This document shows positions 52,986-64,000 of a stretch of DNA of 64,000 nucleotides, in pieces. Source of the DNA: Octopus sinensis (taxonomy: Eukaryota); assembly GCF_006345805.1 (NCBI RefSeq), contig NC_043005.1, positions 100,812,001-100,876,000 of the forward strand, read 5' to 3'. Numbering within the stretch: the stretch's first letter is position 1; each line of letters starts with the position of its first letter. Position numbers and translations under genes: made by a program. The notes under the pieces were generated by a model. The model was not told the origin of the DNA. It ran no database searches and worked only from the letters and a program-made list of their open reading frames with translations.

Positions 52986-53449
52986 AAGGTTGATTGATTT
53001 TGTCGTATATTTATCAGTATCAATGGCACATTTATTTCAAAAGGTTAATCACATTTTTGCTTAACCAATTATTGTTTGTTTTTGGGTGGAAGTAACGGTT
53101 GACTTTGGTACATACGTTGTACCAAACACCAAAGAATGTAACGGGGTTGTCTTTTTATTATAATATGTGAGGTTTACAGCCATATGAATTTATGCTCATT
53201 CTCACAGAATGGCAGCACTGCAAGTTGGCACCTTCTATCATCTTTAGCCAACCGGCGCCTTGATCGAGAAACAGGTAAAAAGGAAACTGCTAAGAAACTT
53301 GTCTTTTACATGTTTGGGATGTGTGCAAATCACTGTGTCCTAATTAGCACAACTTGAGCAAAATACAATGATATTAATTATGTCATTGAACAAGTAAAAT
53401 ATGATATACATATATTCATAAATACACCCACCCACCCATACACACACAA

Positions 53450-53481
<32 letters not shown>

Positions 53482-53939
53482 ATGTAAAGTTAAGATCCAA
53501 TGATCAAAGTGTAGGAAGATGGTAAGCTTCAATCAGTCCACAGAAGGTAAGGAAAAAAAACAACTATCAGGAACAACAGCAGTTTATTGACTTAGAAGGT
53601 TGTAAATTTTGCCTATATTGAAGTTCGATAACCTAAAAATATTGTTTTATCCCTAATGGTTAGCAGCTGGGGTTGCAGTGTATGCAAACAGAAGTCCAAA
53701 ATTAGAGAATGAAGTGGATAAAACCCAGGCTACATATGTTTCATTGCTAGCAGAACCTCGGAAGTAGCAAAAGCCCAAACAAGGGGTAATCTGCTAGCTA
53801 TGGGTCAGGCCAATATAAATACATATGTACATACATGCGTACATATTTATGTACTCATGTATGTATGTATGTATGTATGTATGTATGTGTATGTGTATGT
53901 ATGTATACATACACACATGTATTGTGGAGGCATACATTT

Positions 53940-54320
53940 CAGAGGCACGATGTCTCAGTGGTCAGGGCAGTGGACTCATGGTTGTAGGATCAAGGTTTAG
54001 ATTCCCAGACTGGGCGTTGTGAGTGTTTATTGAGCAAAGACACCAAAAGCTCCACGAGGCTCCGGCAGTGTGTGGTAGCAAACTCTGCTGTACTCTTTCA
54101 CCACAACTTTCTCTCACTCTTTCTTCCTGTTTCTGTTGTATCTGTATTTTGAAGGGCCAGCCTTGTCACACTATGTGTCACGCTGAATCTCCCCGAGGAC
54201 TACGTTAAGGGTACACGTGTCTGTGGAGTACTCAGCCGCTTGCATGTTAATTTCACAAGCAAGTTGTTCCGTTGATCGGATCAACTGGAACCCTCGTCGT
54301 CGTAACTGACAGAGTGCCAC
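53940..54320 (+). mobile_element. tRNA-derived SINE family E
   Basis: Head TCTCAGTGGTCAGGGCAGTGGACTCATG...GTTTAGATTCC followed by TTGAGCAAAGACACC. Confidence 0.6.
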
Positions 54321-54323
54321 AAT

Positions 54324-54368
<45 letters not shown>

Positions 54369-54419
54369 TATATATCTATATATATATATATGTATTTATA
54401 TATATATATATATATGTAT

Positions 54420-54642
54420 GTATGGGCATATGTTTGTGTGTCTGTGTTTGTTCCCCCAATATCACTTGACAGCTGATGCTGGTGTGTTTACGTCCCCGTA
54501 GCTTAGCGGTTTGGCAAAAGAGACCGATAGAATAAGTACTAAGCTTACAAAGAATAACTTCTGGGGTTGATTTGCTTGACTAAAGGTGGTGCTCCAGCAT
54601 GGCCGCAGTCAAATGACTGAAACAAGTGAAAGAGTAAAAGAG
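54420..54642 (+). mobile_element. SINE family A 3' half
   Basis: Matches the reverse complement of 17108-17320. Confidence 0.8.
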
Positions 54643-54964
54643 TAATATGCATACATGCATGTAAAATGTATGCTAATAGACACAGACATGTCCTAGTATA
54701 TATGTGCACATGTGTGTGTGTGGGGGGGGGAGGGGGGATGTTGGAGTGTCTATGTATGTGTTGTAAATGTAGCATTAACATACAAAACAGTTATCTAGCT
54801 TCAGGATATTGTCTTCGAGATATTGACCGTAGGTTACTGTTTTAGGGCTATTGTCTTCAGAACACACTAACGACTAAAATGAAGTTGACATTTTTTGAAA
54901 TCAGATAAGGAGAGGGCGGAGGGAGAGGAAACATATGTACATGTGCATACAGACACACATATGC

Positions 54965-54998
<34 letters not shown>

Positions 54999-55381
54999 TT
55001 ATGTATACTTACACATATGTATATATATATATGTCGAACTTTATATGCACACAATAAAAGTAAGTTAGATGCCGGTATATACACATCATTAAATATTTTG
55101 TAAAGATATTGTTTTGTTGCTTCCCCACCGCATCACCATCACTGCCATCACTACCACCAGCATCATCATAGTTTGCTGTTTTTAAATCAATATCTGGAAT
55201 GAATTACTGATTTAACACACAGATTACTGGATTTGAATTGTAACCGCAAAGGCGAATATCGTTTTATACATAAGACACTGTGTATCCCTGTATAAACAAA
55301 GATATGTAACATGCAGTTCCACACACACACACACACACATGCATGTTTATGCAGAGATGTAATAGTCTGTTCTTATCATTA

Positions 55382-55428
<47 letters not shown>

Positions 55429-55934
55429 ATTGCCTCACCTAAAAAAAATCACCACTATTCCTCTCCAGTTCTCCTTGTACTCATCAGGGTTATTTTGGCC
55501 CTGTAAAAGATTTTTAAGCTACAAGGCAACCACACCAGTGGTGTTGTCAAGAGAAAGGCACCCAGTAGATGCTGTAAAGGGTTTGGAATTAAGAAGGGCA
55601 TCAATATATTGAAACCATAAAGCAGAGAGCTGACTGAATTGTTAGAATGCTGGGTAAAATGCTTAGCAGTATTTTGTCCATCATTACATTCTGAGTTCAA
55701 TTTCCACCGAGGTCGACTCTGCCTTTCATTCTCTTGGGGTTGATAAAATAAGTACCTGTTAACCACTGGGGGCTATGTAATCAACTTACCCCCTCCCACA
55801 AACTTGCTGGCCTTGTGTTTAAATTTGAAACTAATATGTAGAGGCCATATAAAAACTGAGATCTTTGAGCAAAACGTGGTCTGTCAACTTGTTTGATCCT
55901 GTCAGACTGAATAACTCATGCCGGTATGGGCAGA

Positions 55935-56335
55935 AATGAAAAGACAAGTTAGTCATGATTTAGAAATGGCAAACCTTTGAATGTTGCAAGAATGCTTTGT
56001 ACACAAAGTTTAGATGGAAGTGGAGGCCTCTAGCAGGAATGTTTCAATTGTATCAAAGAAGAAAATAAAAGCATTCTAAGCAGTCAAACACATTAAAGAT
56101 GCTACAGTTCATTCAACTGGTTCAAAATATTATCAAGGATGATCCTGGAAAATCGATGAAGGCCATCACCAAAGAACTTTAGGTACTGGAGTAGGTGAGC
56201 AGGATTGCAGTGCACAATGACATTCAATGTCAGCCGAGTCACAAGAAAACCATCAGACTATGCGAAATGGTTACCTAATGAGGTTAAAAATCCTTGCAAA
56301 CATGGCATGCCTTGATTCTTTACCGATGAGAAAAT
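55935..56335 (+). mobile_element. Degenerate Tc1/mariner-superfamily transposase N-terminal fragment
   Basis: LQFIQLVQNIIKDDPGKSMKAITKEL*...VHNDI resembles the HTH region of IS630/Tc1/mariner transposases. Confidence 0.55.
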
Positions 56336-56438
56336 CTTCACACATGCACACACACACACACACACACATACACACATATATATATGTGTGTGTGTGGGTG
56401 TGTCTGTGTATATATATATCAATATATATGTGTGTGTG

Positions 56439-56475
<37 letters not shown>

Positions 56476-56479
56476 GTAT

Positions 56480-56800
56480 ATCATCATCATCATCATCGTT
56501 TAACGTCCACTTTCCATGCTAGCATGGGTTGGACGGTTTGACTGAGGGCTGGCGAACCAGATGGCTGCACCAGGCTCCAATCTTGATCTGGCAGAGTTTC
56601 TACAGCTGGATGCCCTTCCTAACACCAACCACTCTGAGAGTGTAGTGGGTGCTTTTTACGTGCCAGTCAGGCGGTACTGGCAATGACCTTGCTTGAATCT
56701 TTATACACATGCCACCGGCACAGGTGCCAGTAAGGTGATGCTGGTAACGATCACACTTGAATGGTGCCTTTTACGTGTCACCGACACGGAAGCCAGTTAG
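56480..56800 (-). mobile_element. RTE LINE 3' UTR copy
   Basis: Family terminus with (CAT)n. Confidence 0.8.
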
Positions 56801-57319
56801 CCGTCCATATATAGGTGTGTATGTATATGCGTCCATATATACATACACACCTATAAGCACATACAAACACACGTCTATTTATCTATACACATACGAGTGT
56901 ACACATTGTTTATTTGGTTATCATCCGCAACAATTTTGGCTTTGTCAATGAGAGGTTGCATCTATGTATGAAGATGTGTGTGTGTGTAAGAGAGACAGTG
57001 ATGGAGAGAGATGTAGACAGAGGTACTGCTGAGAGCTATAGACTGTGTATAAGTTATGCACCTGTGCATAGATACCTCTGTGTATGTATGTGTGTCATGG
57101 ATTGACGAATGCGTTCTTGTGAATGACAGCTGCTGTAAGGTCATTTAGCTACTTCCACCTCACTCCAATCATCCTCTCCCTCCCTCTTCAAACATAACCC
57201 TCTCCACCCCACCGTCCATTACAATTTTACAAGTTATAAGGTAATTTATATTAAATGAATTCTTTTATTACATACATTTCAACACTACATGGAATATACA
57301 TTTGATGAATATTAATATT

Positions 57320-57646
57320 TACGCTGGTGACATAAGATGCCCGTGCCAGTGACACATAAAAAGCACCATCCAAACGTGGCAGATGCCAGCGCCGCCTGAC
57401 TGGCGTCCGTGTCACGGACATGTAAAAAGCACCAACTAATCATGGCCGTTTGCCAGCCTCCGGTGGCACGTAAAAAGCACCCACTACACTCATGGAGTGG
57501 TTGGCGTTGGGAAGGGCATCCAGCTGTAGAAACACTGCCAGATCAACTGGAACCTGGTGCAGCCTCCTGGCTTCCCAGACCCTGGTCAAACCGTCCAACC
57601 CATGCTAGCATGGAAAACGGACGCTAAACGATGATGATGATGATGA
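57320..57646 (+). mobile_element. RTE LINE 3' UTR copy
   Basis: Family terminus with (TGA)n. Confidence 0.8.
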
Positions 57647-57834
57647 TATGAATGTATATGAATTTATTATATTACAACATGTTGCTAATAATAAAACTTG
57701 TGTATTTCTTCAGAAAAAGTCTCAGGAATGTTGAATGAAGTGCCAGCTCTGGCTTTCTAATTGCCTCATACCTGATGTGAGTGTGTGTGTGTGTGAAGTA
57801 CCATTTGCTTCCCATTGAGCACACGGAATGGAAT

Positions 57835-58400
57835 TTATTTCTTTATTGCTCACAGGGGGCTAAACATAGAGGGGGAAAACAAAGGGATGAAGTCCATTAC
57901 ATCGATCCCAGTGCTTAACTGACCCTGAAAGGATCAAAGGCAAAGTCGACCTCGGTGGAATTTGAACTCAGAACATAATGGCAGACAGAGTACCTATTTC
58001 TTTACTACCCACAAGGGGCTAAACACAGAAGGGACAAACAAGGACAGACAAACGGATTAAGTTGATTACATAGACCCCAGTGCATAACTGGTACTTAATT
58101 TATCAACCCCGAAAGGATGAAAGGCAAAGTTGACCTCGGTGGAATTTGAACTCAGAACGTAATGGCAGACAGAGTACCTATTTCTTTACTACCCACAAGG
58201 GCTAAACACAGAAGGGACAAACAAGGACAGACAAATGGATTAAGTCGATTACATCGACCCCAGTGCGTAACTGGTACTTAATTTATCGACCCCGAAAGGA
58301 TGAAAGGCAAAGTTGACCACGGGGGCAATCTGAACTCAAATTAACAGCAGACGAAATACCACTGATCATTTTGCCTGGCATGCTAACAATTCTGCCAACC
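57835..58400 (-). mobile_element. SINE family B with three tandem internal units
   Basis: About 181-bp period, as at 18741-19322. Confidence 0.8.
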
Positions 58401-59553
58401 CGACACACACATACACTCACACACAAGAGAATATAAACATTGTTTCCTCATTGCTTCTCTTTTGATGTTTTTACACACACACACGTATACACACATTTTT
58501 ATACATATATACACACCCATACCTGAGAGGAAAATGTTACATAGAGATATACATAAACGTAGTAACATTCCCACCAGACTCCCACTGTAGCACACAGATT
58601 TGTAGAGAGACTTGCACATGATCAAACATGTATATGTTGACACATAGGGGCCCACAGTTCCTTTCTTCTTTGTGGCATTAGTTTCAAGAACAATGTTCAT
58701 TGACTTCCTTATCATTTACCATTTGCTTTTCATGGAGCAGACATAGGAGAATACAAATATTGTTTTCTCATTGCCTCTGACCTGGCGTTTTCTAGAAGAC
58801 ATAACCATGTGGGATACATGCAGAACAGTTCACTATAATTGCCAAGAACTTCAGAGCATTAAGACAAAGAACAAATACTAAAAACCATTTTTGCCCAGTC
58901 TTCTTATAATTCCACCACCCGGCATTGGTGCTGTCTCATCAATTGCAAGGAGCAAAATTGTCACAGGTGAAATTTGAACACAGAACATAAGCAAGAGGAA
59001 AAATGTCACTTGGTATTTTGCTTCTTACTCTAATTATTGTGCCAATATGATGCTTTAGACAGACTGATATATCCACTGATACATATGTATATATATATAC
59101 ACACATATTGAATATAAATATCTCCACTGATAAATACACACACACACACACATACACACACATAACCACAATCTCTATTGACCTCTATTGTAAGTCTCTG
59201 CCACTACTTTAGAAATTCTTCGACAATTCTTCATCTGTAATTTTACTTAAGTACTCCAGTATACACAACAATGTTTTCCTACACACAAACACACACATAG
59301 ACACACACACACACACAAACACACATGCAGGGACATAGATTGACAGAGAAACACATGCAGACACTTATGTGGAGATGCACACAGACACATGCACAAATGT
59401 AAGGATGTACAGTAACAAGTACACACACCTCAATCTAGAGAGTTAATTTTTTTGTTTAGTTACCTATTCATCTCACTGATCAACACACAGTCCCACACCA
59501 ACACACGCAATCCCAAAGATGACTTTCTTTTATATATATATATATATATAATA

Positions 59554-59584
<31 letters not shown>

Positions 59585-61060
59585 ATATATATATATTACT
59601 TAAGTTATTTAAATTTTTTTAATACTATATTTAAAGTGTTTTTTATATTTTTCTTTTAGGAATTTACCAATTCCCATATTACAGTATACTTATATTGTGT
59701 GTGTATGTGTGTGTGTATACATACATATACATACACATATAATATATATATATATATATAATAATACATACACATATGTTTATATATATATATATCACAC
59801 ACACATATATGTTAAATATATATGTATATAATATATATTATAAATATATATACGTATATATATGTATGTATATGTATGTATATATATACATATATGTATA
59901 TATATATATACATACATATATTACAATATATATATATACATATATATACATGTGTATATGTATATATATATATATATGTATATATTTATAAATTACACAC
60001 ACGCGTGTACATACACACTCATACACAAACTGAAAGTAAAATAATAAAAAAAAAGATCTCAATGGAATGGAAATCAATAAGATTTTGACAAGTTTATCGG
60101 AGCATTGCTATCAGTCAAAAAGGCGCCAATATTGTCAGATTTAACCATTAAGTTGATAGTTGTAATGTCAATTACAACATCGTGCCACCCACTCCTCACC
60201 CTCACCCCGAACCTTCCCGAATCTTAACCACCCCCCACTCGCCCTACCTTCACCAAACTAACAACAACAAAACAGGCTCAGATCAATTTCTCTTTCTTTT
60301 CTCTGGCGGAAAGTAAAAACACCACGGAGGAAAACAACAGACCAATACATATGTATAAGACCGTATAAAAGTAAAAAAGCATAAATGAATACGTAGATAT
60401 ATAAATCGACAGTAGCACTTAAGTTAAATTCATAGCAAAATGTGATTGACACAGGACACTTTAGATGACAGAAGGAGGCAAAGCTGATTAAGTTTAAGCT
60501 TTTGGGATCTGGAAAGTTTCATAATGATAATTTGAAATTATACGTATATGTGTAGGACTTCTATACATGCATACATACATGCAGCTATACATGAGTTATA
60601 TAACATACATACACACAAGGTGTGCACATGTGTGTGTGTGTAGATAAACATATACAAATATAGGTATGTGGACATGTGCACGTATAAATAAAGTGAGCAT
60701 GCTCTGCTGGATGTGTGATGCAAGTGTGCTTGAAGGATGGAGCACAAATGAGTTGAGAGAGAGAGAGAGGGGGAAGAGGGAGAGGGAGAGAAACTGAATA
60801 GAGGAGGAATGAGGTGTGGTGTGAAGGATAGAAGACTGCATTAGTGTGGACATGTGATGTGGTGATGTGTATGGTAGAAGGAAGTTGTATACGGAAGAGC
60901 CACATGTTCCAAGTGAATGGAACGCGTTGAAGAATGGAACCGATGATGACTTGGGATGAAAGAGTGAAGACAGATTCGAAATTGTGGCATCTTACGGAGG
61001 AGATGCCAAGACATGTTACAGATTGGCAACAAATGGTGTATGGAAGAAGAACTAACCACT

Positions 61061-61440
61061 CACATGGGCATGGCTGTGTGGTAAGAAACTTGCTTCATAA
61101 CCACATGGTTCCGGATTCAGTCCCACTATAGAGCATCTTGGGCCACCCACTGTCTTCTGCTATGGCCTTGAGCCGACCAAAGCCTTGTGAGTGGATCTGG
61201 TACATGGAAACTGAAAGAAGCCTGTTGTATATGAGTATATTTTTGTGCGTTTGTGTTTGTCCCCCACCATTGCTTGACAACCAACGTTGGTGTGTTTACA
61301 TCCCCATAACTTAGCGGTTCAGCAAAATAGACTGATAGAATAAGTACTAGGCTTCCAAAGAGGAAGTCCTTTAGGCAATTTGTTCAACAAAAGATGGTGC
61401 TCCAGCATGGTCACAGTCAAATGATGGAAATACGTAAAAC
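61061..61440 (+). mobile_element. SINE family A
   Basis: Colinear with the reverse complement of 17108-17505. Confidence 0.75.
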
Positions 61441-61509
61441 AATATAGGAATAGAAACAGTAAAACATGTCAAAATTTGTGTTTGTGTGCTCATTTATATA
61501 TATATATCT

Positions 61510-61732
61510 GTTGCCAGCCTCGCCTGGCACCTGTGCCAGTGACACATAAAAAGCAGCCACTACACTCATGGAGTGGTTGGCATTAGGAAGGGCATCAAGA
61601 TGTAGAAACACTGCCAGATCAGATTGGAGCCTAGTGCAGCCTTCTGGCTTCCCAGATCCCCGGTCGAACCGTCCAACCCATGCTAGCATGGGAAACAGAT
61701 GTTAAACAATGATGATGATGATGATGATGATG
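61510..61732 (+). mobile_element. RTE LINE 3' UTR copy
   Basis: Family terminus and (TGA)n. Confidence 0.8.
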
Positions 61733-61994
61733 ATATATATATATATCGAGAGAGAGAGATAGATAGATATAGATATACATACATATATGCATGCATACAT
61801 ACACACACGTGTGTATGTATGTATGTATATATTTATATCATCATCATCGTTTAGCGTCCGCTTTCCATGCTAGCATGGGTTGGACGGGTCAACTGGGGTC
61901 TGTGAAGCTGGAAGGCTTCGTCAGGCCCAGTCAGATCTGGCAGTGTTTCTATGGCTGGATGCCCTTCCTAACGCCAACCACTCCGCGAGTGTAG

Positions 61995-62605
61995 TGGGTG
62001 TTTTTTACGTGCCACCTGCACAGGTGCCAGACAGAGCTGGCGAACGGCCACGAACGGATGGTGCTTTTACGTGTCACCGGCACGGGGCCAGGCGATGCTG
62101 GCAACCGGACACGAACGGATGGTGCTTTTACGTGCCACCGACACGGGGCCAGACAGAGCGGTACCGGCCACGAACGGACGGTGCTTTTACGTGTCACGGC
62201 ACGGGGCCAGCCGAGGCTGGCGACGGATGGAACGGATGGTGCTTTTACGTGCCACCGACACGTTGCCAGACAGAGCTGGCAAACGGCCACGAGCGGACGG
62301 TGCTTTTACGTGTCACCGGCCCGGGGGCCAACTGAGGCTGGCAACGGACACGGACAGATGGTGCTTTTACGTGCCACAACACGGGGCCAGACAGAGCTGG
62401 CAAACGGCCACGACGGACGGTGCTTTTACGTGTCACCGGCCGGGGGCCAGCTGAGGCTGGCAACGGACACGAACGGATGGTGCTTTTACGTGCCACCGAC
62501 ACGGGGCCAGGCAGAGCTGGCAAACGGCCACGAGCGAATGGTGCTTTTACGTATCACCGGCACGGGTGCCAGACGAGGCTGACAGCGGACACGAACGGAT
62601 GGGTC
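61995..62605. repeat. Ten-unit, about 60-bp minisatellite in the RTE 3' UTR
   Basis: GGTG(C/T)TTTTACGT recurs at about 61998, 62060, 62121, 62180, 62238, 62299, 62361, 62419, 62479 and 62540. Confidence 0.9.
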
Positions 62606-62649
62606 ACTTAACCCCTGCGTTCTGATATATGATTTGATTTTGATTGTTC

Positions 62650-64000
62650 TCACTGGTCTTGCCGGGTCTTCTCATGCACAGCATACTTCCATAGGTCTCG
62701 GTCTCTGGTCATTTCCTTGGTGAGACCTAGAGTTCGAAGGTCGTGCTTCACCACCTCGACCCAGGTTTTCCTGGGTCTACCTCTTCCACAGGTCACCTCA
62801 ACTGCCAGGGTATGGCACTTTTTCACACACCTATCTTCATCCATTCTCACCACATGACCATACCAGCGCAATCGTCTCTCTTGCACACATCTGATTCCTC
62901 TTAGGTCCAACTTTTCTCTCAAGGTACTTACACTCTGTCGACTATGAACACTGACATTACACATCCAACGGAGCATACTAGCTTCATTTCTCGCGAGCTT
63001 ACGCATGTCCTCAGCAGTCACGGCCCATGTTTCACTGCCATGTAGCATGGCTGTTCGTACACATGCATCATACAGTCTGCCTTTTACTCTGAGCGAGAGG
63101 CATTTAGTCACCAACAGAGGTAGAGCTCCCTAAACTTTGCCCAGGCTATTCTTACTCTAGCCGTTACACTTTCAGCACACCCACCCCCACTACTGACTTG
63201 GTCACCAAGATAACGGAAGCTATCAACTACTTCTAGTTTTTCCCCCTGGAAAGTGACGGAAGTTGTTTTCTGCAGATTTTCAGAGGTTAATGCTCCCGAG
63301 CATCTGCCACATACAAAAACCATCTTCCTAGTTAGCCTTCCTATGACATTGCTGCACCTCTTATGTGTCCATAGCTTACACTTGGTGCATCTTATAGAGT
63401 TTCTACCTGCACCTTTTCTACAGATTGAGCAGGGCCATCTACCTAAGGCGTTTGTGATTTGTCTACCTTCCTACTTATTAGGACTTTGGTTTTAGCTAGG
63501 TTGACTCTAAGGCCCTTCGATTCTAAACCATGCTTCCACACCTGAAACTTCTTCTCCAGTTCTGATAATGACTCAGCAATTAGAGCAAGGTCATCAGCAT
63601 AGAGGAGCTCCCAGGGGCATCCTGTCTTGAATTCCTCCGTTATTGCCTGGAGGACTATGATAAATAGGAGGGGGCTGAGGACTGAGCCTTGGTGGACCCC
63701 TACCTCTACCCGGAATTCTTCACTGTACTCATTTCCAACCCTCACCTTACTAGCAGCGTCCCTGTACATGGCTTGCACAGCTCTCACTAACCATTCTTCT
63801 ATTCCTAGTTTCCTCATTGACCACCATATGAGGGATCGGGAGACCCTGTCGAAGGCTTTCTCCATGTCAACAAAAGCCAGGTACAGGGCCTTATCTTTGG
63901 CTAGGTATTTCTCCTGCAGCTGCCTTACCAGGAATATAGCATCAGTGGTACTTTTCCCTGGCACGAAACCAAACTGCATCTCATCTAAACTAACTCTCTC
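62650..64000 (-). pseudogene. RTE reverse transcriptase ORF with two frameshifts (about 63443 and 63120)
   Basis: Track ORFs 63443-63979, 63108-63323 and 62650-63114 join into one RT-PHD-C-terminal reading. Confidence 0.9.

Larger units (their letters stand above)
61837..64000 (-). mobile_element. Young RTE-clade LINE, 3' 2.1 kb, continuing beyond the window
   Basis: RT motifs QFGF, FVDMEKAFD, GVHQGSVLSPLLF, LLYADD and FRYLG; C-terminal RRLRWYGHV and RGRPRKTW; about 800-bp 3' UTR and (TGA)n tail. Confidence 0.95.

Noticed and set aside
53208-53274. Plus-strand AG...GT segment encoding ...RRLDRET, recalling the cadherin LDRE motif
   Set aside because: Four-residue match only, with no other cadherin motifs nearby.
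61880-62611. Overlapping ORFs and a CRISPR-like appearance
   Set aside because: This is a minisatellite in a LINE 3' UTR. The spacers are homologous to each other, there are no cas genes and the context is eukaryotic.

Overview
This is AT-rich, microsatellite-dense animal genomic DNA. The repeat landscape suggests an Octopus-like coleoid cephalopod, which is an inference from repeat types only. The one confident host coding sequence is a 115-bp minus-strand exon (36703-36817) of a cytosolic carboxypeptidase, AGBL4/CCP6-like, so the window is probably two very large introns. The rest is transposon debris: several tRNA-derived SINE families, many 5'-truncated RTE LINE copies plus a young RTE running off the right edge, R4/Dong-like, CR1-like and Penelope-like fragments, mariners (one near-intact), Helitron pieces and MITEs. 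The most notable signal is about ten minimal type-I hammerhead ribozyme motifs in several unrelated-looking small elements. These include a tRNA-headed, hammerhead-tailed element, and three divergent elements in which the hammerhead is followed by a shared multi-hairpin RNA module with a compensatory base change. The young RTE carries a PHD finger inside its RT region and a stem-loop array in its 3' UTR. Repeat boundaries were read by eye and are approximate. Most ORFs in the supplied track are microsatellite artefacts.
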